Notes: generated from the letters alone by a model not told the origin. Counted from the first letter of the stretch, positions 8,729-19,240 are shown. The stretch is 64,000 bases of DNA from a bacterium (GCA_013360215.1 JABWCP010000002.1:1-64000), one strand, 5' to 3'. Numbers and translations: made by a program.

Positions 8729-11700
8729 ATGAACATCCGTAATTCATCTATTCTGCTTACGATCATACTTTCGTTGATCCTTTCTACGCCGGCACATACA
8801 CAAGTGTCGAGCGCCGATACGGATTTTTTATATGCCCGTAAGCTGTATGATGATAAGCTCTATGCGCTCGCAGCGCAGGAATTCGGAAAATTTATACGAA
8901 ACTATCCTTCCGATATGCGCATCCCGGATGCCCGGTATTATTCGGGTATGGCGCAGTTTAATGAAAAAAATTATGAACAGGCGCGACGTGATTTTCAATT
9001 CCTTGCGATCGATTATCCCAAAGATAAACGTGCGCCGGATGCCTGGGCCAAGATAGCAGAATGTTATGCGGCAATGGGGGATTATTCCTCTGCGGCCAAT
9101 GCGCTTACGAGTATTGCAACATTTTATCCCACCGCACCCAATGCCGTGACGTCCATTATCGAAGCCAGTGAGTATTTTATCAAAGCGGGTGATCTGCGCA
9201 GCGCTAAAGATCGTTTGCAAAAACTCATCGCCGATCGTCCCGATATTCCGGAAGCTAATGTCAGCCGCTTCAAACTGGCGATGCTTCTCAAAAATGAAAA
9301 CGATTGGCCGGCCGCTTCCGGTGCACTGCAAACGGTCATTGAAAAATCAAAAGATCAGGAATTGGTGGCTTCGGCCATGTTTGAACAGGCGGGAATCGCG
9401 GATCGCCTTGGTAAATCCGATGAAGCGCGAAATGCTTATGTCCGAATCGTAACACGATACAGTAAGACCAAGGTCAACGTATATGCCTTGTTCGAATTAG
9501 GCAATATTCTATTCAGAGAACGTAATTTTATCGATGCGCGTAAAAACTTTGAAATCGTCATTTCCAATACACTTGCTCCGGAGCCACTCAAACATGCCGC
9601 GCAGATCAATCTTGGCGATATGCTTTTCGTCAATGAGAAATATACTCTGGCGCTTGATCTGTATAAACGTGTTTCATCCGAAAAAAACGATAGTCTAAAT
9701 GCATTAGAGGCCAATTTTAAATCCGGTTTAGCCTCGGAAAAACTAAATCTCCCGGTCGCCGCCGGTGATTATTATTATACTATCACAGAACAATATGCCG
9801 CAGCTTTTCAAACATCCGAATTTGTCAAATGGTCGACACTCAAGTTAGCGCAAATTTCATTTCAATTAAAACGCTATAAAGAAGCGGGTCGTTATTATGA
9901 AGATTATATCACTAAATACCCTAAATCCGGCGATTTAGATCGCGTCTTATATGATCGCGGTTTATTGCTCAAAGACCGGTTAGCTGATTATGCGGAAGCA
10001 TCGCGCATGTTTACGCGCCTGATCAGCGAATTTCCGAACAGTGAAAAAATAGATGACGCATACCTTGCTTTAGCGCAGTCGTTGCGTATGGATAATCAGA
10101 TATCTGAAGCTCTTGATGCATTAGAGAAACTTAAAAGTAATTATCCCGGAACATTACTTTGGAATGATGCGTTGAATGAGCGCCGACGTATCGAATATTT
10201 TCATCAATACGGTAATAATACGACCACGCAAAGTATAATATATCTGATCGGCAATCTTATCGAAGATAAGCCGAAAGACGAAATCACATTTGCTTACGCG
10301 CGTTTATTTTTTGAACAACTCAAAGATTATGAGGGTGCGGCTGGGTTATTCAAAAAAACCATCCTTTCAACTAAAAACCGCGCTTTGACGGAAGAAGCTT
10401 TATTTTATCTCGCTCAAACCTATGACCGTATATCAGAAATGAAGCCAACACAGGCCGGTTATGCGGACAGCGCTGTCGGTGTGTACAAACAATTAGCCGT
10501 AGGCAAATATGCCGATGTCGCCACGTTGCGTGTCATCGAAAGCACACTGAAAACGATTAGTAATTCTACCGATCGCCAGAGAAAAGCTAAAGAGATGTAC
10601 ACCGGATTGCTGGAACGATTTCCCGGTTCAACGCTAAAGCCGAACATGCTCAAAGGATTGGGTGATGCGATGATGGCGCTCGGTGAATTAAAACCTGTTA
10701 TTGTCCCACAGGTTCCTTTCGTTACCAAAAGTAAAGATAAATCACCCGTTACTGCAAAACCCGATTCACTGAAACCATTGAGTTCGGCGATGCAATGTTA
10801 TGAAGCGATTATAAAAGATTTTCCGGACAGCCCTGTGGCCGAAGATGCGTTTTATAGTATGGCCGAAGCGTATTGGTTTTCCAAACAACCGGATTTGTAT
10901 TATCAGACTTTGATCCGGTATGCGGCACAATATCCACGCGGGCGCTATATCGTCAAAACAAAAATGCTAATGGCACGCTATAAAGAGGAAAAATCTGATT
11001 ATGCGCTTGCTTTGAATAATCTCAATGAGATCATCACGCATTATTTTTACACACCGTATGCCGATAGTGCAGCTCAATCCGTAGGACATAACTATCTTTT
11101 GTCAGGCCAATATACCCAAGCGATCAAAGCGTACCTTAATGCACGCACACAGGGCGAGTCCGCATTGGAGCAGATGGATATTATTGCCGCGCAACAAAAA
11201 ATACATCATCCGCTTGATTACCGGTTGGCTTATTGCTACGACAAATCCGGTAATTTTACCAAAGCGGTGGAATACTACGAAGCGTATCTTTTTCCGGATA
11301 ACAAAGGCGAATACGCGTTGCATGCACTGACAGCGCTTGCACAGATGTATGAGAAGAAGCAAGATTTTCAGATTGCACTGCCTTATTATCAACGTATCGC
11401 GCAGTTATATCCGGAGACCGAAGCCGGATTTAAAGCGCTGGCACGGGCATCGGAGATGTACTTCAATTCCGAGCAATACGATTCGGCAAAAGTAGCGTTT
11501 ACGAAGCTAGCGTTATATACCAAAGATAAAATGCAGCAAATTGTTTTTGAGTCGCGCACGATCGTATGCGCATACCGTCTGGGTCAAATCGTCGAAACAG
11601 GAAAGTTGGAAAAAGACTTTAATAAAAAATACGAATCGGATAAAAACCTGAAACTTTTATTGTTGAATTATAACGCAGAATTTTTATTCGAATTAGGTCG

Positions 11701-12526
11701 TTATTATCAATACAATAAAACGCGTGCCGATTACGCTCAAGCTGTAAAAACATATACGCGTGTGATCGAAGATTATAAAACGGCGGCCATCATGCCTGAA
11801 GTTTTGTTTGAAATGGGAGTGATTAAGTTTAATGAAGGCAAGAGTAAAGAGGGTTTCGAATACTTTCAGCAAATTCCGCAAAAATGGCCGGATAGTGACA
11901 TACTTCCGCGTGTCCATCTGAGAACGGCATTTGAAGCTTTTCGCCTAGAAAATGTTCAGCTCGCTGTTGAGGCCTCTAAGTTGGCGCTTCAAAATCCACG
12001 TATCAAATTAGCCGATGCCAAATTGGGAACTAATTTTTTGATCAAAGTGTATAAAGCCGCGGGATATTATGAAAACGGGTTGATGCTTATGCAGCAATAT
12101 CTCGAACGTTTTCCGGACGACGATCCGGCAACGATTTGGGCCATGCGTATAGACATCGGCGCCATGCACAAAAACTTGAAGTCCTTTGATCGCGCGCTTG
12201 AGTATTTTAAAGATCTGATCAAAACGGCTTCCGGTGAAGACGAGGCGGAAATTCAATTTAATATCGCAGAAACGTATTGGGCGATGAATAATTTCGAACA
12301 GGCCTTGTTGGAATACTTACGCATCCCATATTTGACATTGGGGAAAAAATTCGATTGGTCCAGTGCTGCAAAAAGCCAAGCGGCGGAATGTTACGTGAAA
12401 TTGTCCAAATACGATGAAGCTATACGAATGTATAATGATATTATTCGTGTCAATGGTCCGCAAAGCGAATACAGTGCCTATGCCAAACAACGAATCGAAC
12501 AAATACAAGGCCTGAAAAAGAACTGA
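8729..12526 (+). CDS. Large exported tetratricopeptide-repeat protein (BamD/CpoB-like TPR units)
   Basis: Signal peptide followed by many TPR-like repeats (A...F....YP.S...DA.Y..A) over 1,265 aa. Confidence 0.85.
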   Translation: MNIRNSSILLTIILSLILSTPAHTQVSSADTDFLYARKLYDDKLYALAAQEFGKFIRNYPSDMRIPDARYYSGMAQFNEKNYEQARRDFQFLAIDYPKDKRAPDAWAKIAECYAAMGDYSSAANALTSIATFYPTAPNAVTSIIEASEYFIKAGDLRSAKDRLQKLIADRPDIPEANVSRFKLAMLLKNENDWPAASGALQTVIEKSKDQELVASAMFEQAGIADRLGKSDEARNAYVRIVTRYSKTKVNVYALFELGNILFRERNFIDARKNFEIVISNTLAPEPLKHAAQINLGDMLFVNEKYTLALDLYKRVSSEKNDSLNALEANFKSGLASEKLNLPVAAGDYYYTITEQYAAAFQTSEFVKWSTLKLAQISFQLKRYKEAGRYYEDYITKYPKSGDLDRVLYDRGLLLKDRLADYAEASRMFTRLISEFPNSEKIDDAYLALAQSLRMDNQISEALDALEKLKSNYPGTLLWNDALNERRRIEYFHQYGNNTTTQSIIYLIGNLIEDKPKDEITFAYARLFFEQLKDYEGAAGLFKKTILSTKNRALTEEALFYLAQTYDRISEMKPTQAGYADSAVGVYKQLAVGKYADVATLRVIESTLKTISNSTDRQRKAKEMYTGLLERFPGSTLKPNMLKGLGDAMMALGELKPVIVPQVPFVTKSKDKSPVTAKPDSLKPLSSAMQCYEAIIKDFPDSPVAEDAFYSMAEAYWFSKQPDLYYQTLIRYAAQYPRGRYIVKTKMLMARYKEEKSDYALALNNLNEIITHYFYTPYADSAAQSVGHNYLLSGQYTQAIKAYLNARTQGESALEQMDIIAAQQKIHHPLDYRLAYCYDKSGNFTKAVEYYEAYLFPDNKGEYALHALTALAQMYEKKQDFQIALPYYQRIAQLYPETEAGFKALARASEMYFNSEQYDSAKVAFTKLALYTKDKMQQIVFESRTIVCAYRLGQIVETGKLEKDFNKKYESDKNLKLLLLNYNAEFLFELGRYYQYNKTRADYAQAVKTYTRVIEDYKTAAIMPEVLFEMGVIKFNEGKSKEGFEYFQQIPQKWPDSDILPRVHLRTAFEAFRLENVQLAVEASKLALQNPRIKLADAKLGTNFLIKVYKAAGYYENGLMLMQQYLERFPDDDPATIWAMRIDIGAMHKNLKSFDRALEYFKDLIKTASGEDEAEIQFNIAETYWAMNNFEQALLEYLRIPYLTLGKKFDWSSAAKSQAAECYVKLSKYDEAIRMYNDIIRVNGPQSEYSAYAKQRIEQIQGLKKN

Positions 12527-13338
12527 TGATGACCGAAATTCCACGACAGGCGCGCAGCGTCGCTATTGGTGCGGCATTACAAGCGGCACGTATTATTACC
12601 GACTATTACGGGCGCGTATTTACGATTGATGCTAAGTTGCATAATGACTTTGTAACCGAAGTGGATCGTAAATCGGAAGAAGTTATCATACAGCACATTT
12701 TACGTGCTTTTCCGGATCATGCTATTTTAGCGGAAGAAACCGGTAAACATCGGAACGAAAGTCCTTTTCGATGGATTATAGACCCGTTGGATGGTACCAC
12801 TAATTTTATTCACGGGATGCCTATGTTTGCCGTAAGCATTGCGCTGGAAGTGTATGGTCAGTTAGCGGTGGGCGTTGTATATGAGCCGTTGCGCAAAGAA
12901 ATGTTTGTCGCCGAACGCGGTAAAGGCGCCTTTTTAAATGACCGCAAGATTCGGGTGTCTGTCACTACGGAGTATAATCGTTGTCTTTTAGCAACCGGAT
13001 TTCCTTTCAAAACGTTTGATTTTATTGACGACTATCTCAATATATTTAAAACATTCATGACGCAAACGGCGGGTATTCGAAGACCCGGCTCCGCCGCATT
13101 GGATCTATGTTATCTTGCCTGCGGTCGTTTTGACGGTTTTTGGGAACTCAACCTCAATCCTTGGGATATAGCTGCCGGTACGTTGATTATACAAGAAGCC
13201 GGCGGACGTATTACCGGTTTTGACGGGCAAAATAATTTTTTATACAAAGGTCATGTAATCGGTTCCAACGGTATTTTACATGACTGGATGCTTTCGAATA
13301 TTCAGAAATCACTCGGAGAGAAAATTAGTTTACTCTAA
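12526..13338 (+). CDS. suhB: Inositol monophosphatase family protein SuhB
   Basis: DFVTEVD, WIIDPLDGTTNF, GSAALDLCY, WDIAAG. Confidence 0.93.
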   Translation: MMTEIPRQARSVAIGAALQAARIITDYYGRVFTIDAKLHNDFVTEVDRKSEEVIIQHILRAFPDHAILAEETGKHRNESPFRWIIDPLDGTTNFIHGMPMFAVSIALEVYGQLAVGVVYEPLRKEMFVAERGKGAFLNDRKIRVSVTTEYNRCLLATGFPFKTFDFIDDYLNIFKTFMTQTAGIRRPGSAALDLCYLACGRFDGFWELNLNPWDIAAGTLIIQEAGGRITGFDGQNNFLYKGHVIGSNGILHDWMLSNIQKSLGEKISLL

Positions 13339-13370
13339 ATATACATTCACTTAACTAAATGAGGTGTACT

Positions 13371-13727
13371 TTGAATCCAATAATGATGATGTGGTTGATG
13401 GGTGGTAATCCGGCTCCGGGCGGTGCAGCACCGAATCCTTTGCTGAGTTTTTTACCTTTTGTGTTTATCATTGCGATCATGTATTTCATGATGATTCGTC
13501 CTCAGCAAAAACGTCAAAAAGAACATCAAGCGATGGTGAGCGCTTTGGCGAAAGGGGATAAAGTAATTACGGTCGGCGGTATCCATGGTGTAGTCCAAGG
13601 TACCAAAGAGACGACGGTATTGGTAAAAATAGCTGATAATGTAAAAGTCGAAATCGAACGTTCGGCTGTAACCACCGTTGTCAAAGGTTCCGGCGAAGCA
13701 TCCGCTGAAGTAAAATCGGCCGAATAA
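13371..13727 (+). CDS. yajC: Preprotein translocase subunit YajC
   Basis: TM segment then YFMMIRPQQKRQKEH...L.KGDKVITVGGIHG. Likely TTG start at 13371 after a GAGGTG SD (ORF track starts at 13359). Confidence 0.93.
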   Translation: MNPIMMMWLMGGNPAPGGAAPNPLLSFLPFVFIIAIMYFMMIRPQQKRQKEHQAMVSALAKGDKVITVGGIHGVVQGTKETTVLVKIADNVKVEIERSAVTTVVKGSGEASAEVKSAE

Positions 13728-13738
13728 CCGATTTCATT

Positions 13739-14239
13739 GTGAAAGTGGTTTTATACGGCGATCCCATTTTGCGCTCAGTTTGTAAACCGGTCATTGCTAT
13801 TACGGACACGTTACGCATGACGATCGCGAATATGATCGAAACGATTGCTGAACACCAAGGCGTCGGTTTGGCGGCACCGCAAGTGGGCATGAGTGAACGT
13901 TTTGTCGTCATTGATCCGCGCCTAATGGATCGCACCGAAGAAGTGATCGTGATGATCAATCCGGAAATACGCGAAAGCGACGGTTCCAATGTATTTCGCG
14001 AAGGTTGTCTGAGCCTTCCCGGGATTGAGGCTGAAATAAGGCGCCCTGCGGCAGTTACAGTTAGTTATACCGATATGGATAACTTATCACAGACGAAGCG
14101 TTTTATCGGAGTAAAGGCCCGTATCGTGCAGCACGAAATAGATCATCTCAACGGTGTCTTATTTACCGATTATTTGAATCCTGTGTGGCGGTGGCATTTA
14201 TTGCGAAAAGTAAAACGTCGGATTAACGGTAAGGCTTAG
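13739..14239 (+). CDS. def: Peptide deformylase
   Basis: GVGLAAPQVG, EGCLS, QHEIDHLNG. Confidence 0.95.
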   Translation: MKVVLYGDPILRSVCKPVIAITDTLRMTIANMIETIAEHQGVGLAAPQVGMSERFVVIDPRLMDRTEEVIVMINPEIRESDGSNVFREGCLSLPGIEAEIRRPAAVTVSYTDMDNLSQTKRFIGVKARIVQHEIDHLNGVLFTDYLNPVWRWHLLRKVKRRINGKA

Positions 14240-14241
14240 CT

Positions 14242-14445
14242 ATGAAGATTAAAATCAATGGTACGGTTTACGAATTGGATTCTGTAACAACAATTGATGA
14301 TGTGCTCCAACATTTTGGTGTTTCATATGCACATGGTGTCGCTGTGGCTGTTAATTACGACGTAATTTCTAAAGATCGCATTCAAACACAAACGGTATGC
14401 GAGGGCGATGAAATCGAAATCATAAGAGCAACACAGGGCGGCTAA
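14242..14445 (+). CDS. thiS: Sulfur carrier protein ThiS
   Basis: 67 aa; MKIKING, VAVAVN, GDEIEII, C-terminal GG; next to thiG. Confidence 0.92.
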   Translation: MKIKINGTVYELDSVTTIDDVLQHFGVSYAHGVAVAVNYDVISKDRIQTQTVCEGDEIEIIRATQGG

Positions 14446-14458
14446 AGCTTAGTTTATA

Positions 14459-14490
14459 AAACCCCGCTTTACGGCGGGGTTTGCTATTTT
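14459..14490 (+). terminator. Terminator-like hairpin between thiS and thiG
   Basis: aaaccccgc-tttacg-gcggggttt followed by gctatttt. Confidence 0.7.
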
Positions 14491-14536
14491 TATTAAAACG
14501 CGTATATTCAAAAAAGAATGTTTAGGAAAATAAAAT

Positions 14537-15307
14537 ATGAGTGCGTTGGTAATTGGCAAATATTCCTTCAATTCACGGTTGATTGTCGGTACGGGAAAAT
14601 ATAAAGATTACGATGAAACCAAAAAAGCGCTTGAAGAGAGCGGTGCAGAAATGATTACCGTGGCGCTTCGACGTGTTGATCTCACTAAACCCGACGACAA
14701 GAATCTGCTCGATTATATCGGTTCAAAATACACGTTACTTCCTAATACAGCCGGTTGCTACACGGCTAAAGATGCGGTTCTGACCTGTAAATTGGCACGG
14801 GAAGCCTTAGGTGCGACATTGGTCAAGCTGGAGGTTTTGGGTGATCCGCGTACATTATTTCCGGATAATGAACAGCTTCTCGAAGCCGCACAAATTTTAG
14901 TCAAAGATGGTTTTACCGTTTTGCCATACTGTATTGATGACCCGATCGTTTGTAAAAAACTAGAAGACATCGGTTGTGCCGCCGTCATGCCCTTAGCTGC
15001 GCCGATCGGTTCCGGTTTAGGAATTCGTAATCCGTACAATCTTGCTATTATCATTGAACATTCCAAAGTGCCTGTCATCGTTGATGCGGGTGTCGGTACA
15101 GCGTCCGATGCAGCGATTGCAATGGAGCTTGGTTGCGATGGTATTCTCATGAATACCGCTATCGCCGGAGCAAAAAATCCCATCAAAATGGCACGCGCAA
15201 TGCGTTTGGCCGTCGAAGGGGGACGTTTGGCTTATGAAGCGGGGCGTATCCCGAAAAAACTTTATGCTACGGCTTCCAGTCCTATAGAGGGTGTTATTAA
15301 GACCTAA
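14537..15307 (+). CDS. thiG: Thiazole synthase
   Basis: [46 protein letters not shown]. Confidence 0.97.
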   Translation: MSALVIGKYSFNSRLIVGTGKYKDYDETKKALEESGAEMITVALRRVDLTKPDDKNLLDYIGSKYTLLPNTAGCYTAKDAVLTCKLAREALGATLVKLEVLGDPRTLFPDNEQLLEAAQILVKDGFTVLPYCIDDPIVCKKLEDIGCAAVMPLAAPIGSGLGIRNPYNLAIIIEHSKVPVIVDAGVGTASDAAIAMELGCDGILMNTAIAGAKNPIKMARAMRLAVEGGRLAYEAGRIPKKLYATASSPIEGVIKT

Positions 15308-15375
15308 ATGCTTGCAAATGCCCTCAATAACAAATATGTTTCTACATAATTATTTTACCGAATACGGAACACCTT

Positions 15376-16578
15376 ATGTCCTCAGATGAGTACAAACTTA
15401 CATCGTTAGCGTCTTCTGCGCTTTTCAAAAATATATCCGAAGATGCGCTGCGCCGTTTATTACCGCATTTTACGCTCAAAGTGTATCCGACCAATACGGT
15501 GATTTTTGAAGACGGTAATACGCAACCGGACGGTATGTACATCATTGCCAAAGGGTTCGTAAAAATTTTCAAAAGCGTGCCGGGTGAAGAAGTGCGTCAA
15601 CAAGCTGTAGCTGTACTTCCCGCAGGCAGTTATTTCGGTGAAATGGCGTTATTGGATGAAGAAGTGCGGTCGGCCGGTGCGGTGACAATGTATGAAACGG
15701 AATTATTGTTTTTTCCCAAAGAATCGTTTCATGCATTAATGCATGAAGACTTAAAACTGTCGCATGAAATCATGACGCGTTTAGCAAAAGTGATGAGCAA
15801 ACGTTTGAGGGATACCAACAATCTTTTCCGCGAAGTCGTAAGTTGGGGGTATCGTGCGCGAAAGGAAGTCCGTGACCTAAAATCTAATTTTCTTTCGACC
15901 ATATCGCACGAACTTCGTACGCCGATTCATTCGATTCAAGGTTTCAGTACGTTGATGAAAGAATCCAAAGACGTAGATGATGAAACGAAACAACGTTTCG
16001 TCGAAGTTATTTTGCACGAAAGTAAGCGTTTGGCCGATCTTATCAATGATCTTATTTCATTAGCAGAGATCGAATACGGTTCCATCATAATTGAGCGCCA
16101 TCCCAATAATCTCAAAGAATTACTGAGCAAGGCGTTTGATGAATATAAAGACCTAGCTCGTGAAAAAAATATTAACTTAGAGATGAAAGTCGAAGATACA
16201 TTTCCTATCGTGGCCATGGATGGTCCTCGTTTTATTCAAGCCATTGGTCATTTGATCGAAAATGCAATTAAGTTTACGGGTTTTAGCGGTAACGTAGGTA
16301 TGCATGCGCTGATGACTACCGATGCCATTGAAATCCATGTGCACGACACCGGTTCAGGAATTCCGAGTAAATATGTTGAGCGTATTTTTGATAAATTTTA
16401 TCAAGTAGATCAGACCACGACGCGTTCGGCGGAAGGTGCCGGTATCGGATTATCTCTCGCACGAACTATCGTAGAATTGCATGGCGGAAAAATTATCGTA
16501 ACCAGCGTCGAAGGTAAAGGTTCGACATTTACCGTCACAGTACCGTTATCCCATATTGCATTTCAGGATGGCCGATAA
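15376..16578 (+). CDS. Cytoplasmic sensor histidine kinase with N-terminal cyclic-nucleotide-binding domain
   Basis: cNMP motif FGEMALLDEEVRSA; H-box SHELRTP; ENAIKF, DTGSGI, FDKFYQ, GIGLS; no TM segment. Confidence 0.92.
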   Translation: MSSDEYKLTSLASSALFKNISEDALRRLLPHFTLKVYPTNTVIFEDGNTQPDGMYIIAKGFVKIFKSVPGEEVRQQAVAVLPAGSYFGEMALLDEEVRSAGAVTMYETELLFFPKESFHALMHEDLKLSHEIMTRLAKVMSKRLRDTNNLFREVVSWGYRARKEVRDLKSNFLSTISHELRTPIHSIQGFSTLMKESKDVDDETKQRFVEVILHESKRLADLINDLISLAEIEYGSIIIERHPNNLKELLSKAFDEYKDLAREKNINLEMKVEDTFPIVAMDGPRFIQAIGHLIENAIKFTGFSGNVGMHALMTTDAIEIHVHDTGSGIPSKYVERIFDKFYQVDQTTTRSAEGAGIGLSLARTIVELHGGKIIVTSVEGKGSTFTVTVPLSHIAFQDGR

Positions 16579-16590
16579 CCGGTAGCACGT

Positions 16591-17448
16591 ATGCAAAGGC
16601 CGCATATTTTTGTAATCATCTTATCGTATAACGGACGGCATCTCACCGAAGCGTGCGTTCGCTCTTGCTTAGACTCCGATTTCACATCGTTTACTATCGT
16701 GCTGGTTGATAATGCGTCTCCTGACGGGAGCGGCGATTATCTTAAAGAAAAGTTTAGTTCTGAAATTCACTCCGGAAAAATCAAATACATCGGTAATGAA
16801 GCTAATCTTGGTTTTGCGGGAGGAAATAATGTCGGTATTCAATACGCGCTGGACAACAACGCCGACGCTGTTTTATTGTTGAATAACGATACGGTGATGG
16901 ACAAAAAGTGCCTTACTTATCTATCCGAGGGGCTGGCGCACTATCCGCAAGCCGGTATTTTGGGTCCTAAAATCTACTACTTTGAACCGAATGATCAGAT
17001 TTGGTTTGCCGGAGCCGAATTTAAATTATACAAAGGTACGGCGCGACATATTGGCATTCGTGAAAAAGAAAACCTACAATACGAAGAAGCAAAAACGTGC
17101 GATTACATCACCGGCTGTGCGATGCTGATTCGGCGCGATGTTTTTAAGAGCGTGCCGGGACTCAATACTTCATATCATATGTATTCGGAAGATGTAGATT
17201 TTTGCTTCCGAGCAAAACAGGCCGGCTTTGAATTGATGTATATTCCGCAGGCAAAAATTTGGCATAAAATATCTGCTTCAACGGGTGGGCAATTATCATT
17301 ACGAAAAATTCGGTTACGTTTTTTTAGTAATATGAAATTGCTCATCAAATATGCCCGTTGGTATCATTGGTTGACTATTCCGTTTTATTTTTTTGCCGAT
17401 CTGATGCGAATTGCTTTTCGTATTTTGACCGGGGCTATTCGAAATTAG
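16591..17448 (+). CDS. Glycosyltransferase family 2
   Basis: IILSYNG, LVDNAS.D, NLGFAGGNN, LLNND, TGCAMLI, EDVD. Confidence 0.92.
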   Translation: MQRPHIFVIILSYNGRHLTEACVRSCLDSDFTSFTIVLVDNASPDGSGDYLKEKFSSEIHSGKIKYIGNEANLGFAGGNNVGIQYALDNNADAVLLLNNDTVMDKKCLTYLSEGLAHYPQAGILGPKIYYFEPNDQIWFAGAEFKLYKGTARHIGIREKENLQYEEAKTCDYITGCAMLIRRDVFKSVPGLNTSYHMYSEDVDFCFRAKQAGFELMYIPQAKIWHKISASTGGQLSLRKIRLRFFSNMKLLIKYARWYHWLTIPFYFFADLMRIAFRILTGAIRN

Positions 17449-17451
17449 CAT

Positions 17452-18438
17452 ATGAGTATCTCAATGGAACATATAGATGCCGTGCGTTTATTGGCGCATA
17501 ATGATCCTAAACGAAAACGTTATCTGTCCAGATTACTGTCGTCGGTAGAGAACGACGCGGAAAACGGCCCCGATATTTTGCGAGCGTTACTTCCCTATAC
17601 AGGACAAGCCTACCGGATCGGCATTACCGGCCCTCCGGGTGCCGGTAAAAGTACATTAGTCAATGCCGCTGCATTAGGATTGGCACAACAAGGGAAACGT
17701 GTCGGTATTATTGCCGTCGATCCGACCAGCGCATTTACGGGGGGTGCCATATTGGGTGACCGTTTTCGGATGCAAGCGATTTCTATGCATGAGAGTATTT
17801 TTATTCGCAGTATGGCTACCCGCGGGGCGATGGGCGGTCTGGTGCATACGGCACACGCCGCGGCAGACTTGTTGGATGCGTTTGGGTACGATGTTATTAT
17901 TTTTGAAACGGTCGGTGTAGGTCAATCGGAAATAGATATCGTCCAATTCACCGATACCGTAGTTGTTGTGCTTGTACCGGAATCAGGCGATGGGGTGCAG
18001 GCCATGAAAGCCGGCATTATGGAGATCGCGGATTTATTTGTAGTCAATAAATCCGATCGCGATCAGGCGGACATCCTCAAACGTGAATTAGAAGCTGCCG
18101 TACAAATTCGTTACGCCCATGCACCATGGATGCCGGTCGTTTTAAAAACAGTGGCAACGCAAAACGAAGGCATTGATGCCGCTTTAGAAACGGTTTTTAA
18201 GCACAGAGAATATTTGGAATCAAGCGGGGACATGGATATAAGAAGGAAGAGTCGTATTCGAAACGCATTACTTCGTGGCGTAAATAAAAAATTACACGAC
18301 CACCTTACTTCCGAAGGATATCGTGGCTTGGTAGATGAACAAATTGATGCTGTTTTTTACAAAAAAATTATCCTGCAAGACGCGGCCGATATGATTTTCC
18401 GATCAATGTATTCTTCCGCGATACCGTCCGGAAAATGA
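17452..18438 (+). CDS. meaB: MeaB/ArgK methylmalonyl-CoA mutase-associated GTPase
   Basis: GITGPPGAGKST, AVDPTS.FTGGAILGDR, ETVGVGQSE, VNKSD. Confidence 0.92.
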   Translation: MSISMEHIDAVRLLAHNDPKRKRYLSRLLSSVENDAENGPDILRALLPYTGQAYRIGITGPPGAGKSTLVNAAALGLAQQGKRVGIIAVDPTSAFTGGAILGDRFRMQAISMHESIFIRSMATRGAMGGLVHTAHAAADLLDAFGYDVIIFETVGVGQSEIDIVQFTDTVVVVLVPESGDGVQAMKAGIMEIADLFVVNKSDRDQADILKRELEAAVQIRYAHAPWMPVVLKTVATQNEGIDAALETVFKHREYLESSGDMDIRRKSRIRNALLRGVNKKLHDHLTSEGYRGLVDEQIDAVFYKKIILQDAADMIFRSMYSSAIPSGK

Positions 18439-18448
18439 CGTACCTCTA

Positions 18449-19111
18449 TCAGATGTTTCCACGTCGTATCAAAAATTCACCCTCCGACCAATCCGACATG
18501 GCTTCAAAAGCTTCCGATTCACTTTTAATGATTTTTTGCTGTGCATCCACGATAGCCATTTTTTCCGGTAGGCCTTTCACAAACGTGATCACTCCGATCC
18601 CATCGGCGTGTTTGATTCGTAAGTAGCCGTTTAAGGATTCGTTTTCACATACCGCCAGTAATTCCACTAATGGTTTATCGCTCAGTTGGCCGCTTAATAA
18701 CGTGTTGGCGCTTTGGAGTGTGCGCTCAAATGCGTCCACCATGGATTTGATTTTGGCAATAAATAACGATTCTTTGCGAATCGGTTTGATGAAATAATCA
18801 ACAGCACCTTGTTCGTAGGCATTCACCAGCACGGCTGTATCTTGGAGCTCGGACAAGAAAAGAAATGGCATCAGTTTGAGATGCGGTTTTTTTTGTATGG
18901 CTTTAAGGAACGTAAAACCGTCAGAGCCGGGGATATTCATCTCTGCGATGATCATGCGAATATCATGATTGTCCGGTTTTTCGATAAACTCCATCGCCAA
19001 GGTTGGTTTCTGGAAGCCGACAGGGGTAAAACCGGCTTTTTCCACCATAGCGGATAAATTAACTAATGACGCGGGATCATTGTCAACGATCAGTATTTTT
19101 TTGAGTTTCAT
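18449..19111 (-). CDS. Atypical receiver-domain protein with C-terminal DUF4388-like domain
   Basis: REC fold (ILIVDND, PGSDG, FLS, GAVDYFIKP) with Glu at the phospho-Asp position; C-terminal LSGQL...L.ELL...G.L...G.I.F.KG...W.EGEF. Confidence 0.82.
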   Translation of the reverse strand: MKLKKILIVDNDPASLVNLSAMVEKAGFTPVGFQKPTLAMEFIEKPDNHDIRMIIAEMNIPGSDGFTFLKAIQKKPHLKLMPFLFLSELQDTAVLVNAYEQGAVDYFIKPIRKESLFIAKIKSMVDAFERTLQSANTLLSGQLSDKPLVELLAVCENESLNGYLRIKHADGIGVITFVKGLPEKMAIVDAQQKIIKSESEAFEAMSDWSEGEFLIRRGNI

Positions 19112-19174
19112 CGGCGTCCTTCCTTTTTTTTAAAGTAATTACCGCAATGCATATAAGCAAAACGAATTTCCATA

Positions 19175-19205
19175 TTGGAATTTTTAGTCGAATAACCTAA
19201 CTTGC
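19175..19205 (+). promoter_or_regulatory. Putative primary-sigma promoter of the pepD operon
   Basis: TTGGAA-17 nt-TAACTT(GC) upstream of pepD. Confidence 0.5.
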
Positions 19206-19240
19206 CGTGCGGTTAATCATATGTATAACGGAGAAGAAAT

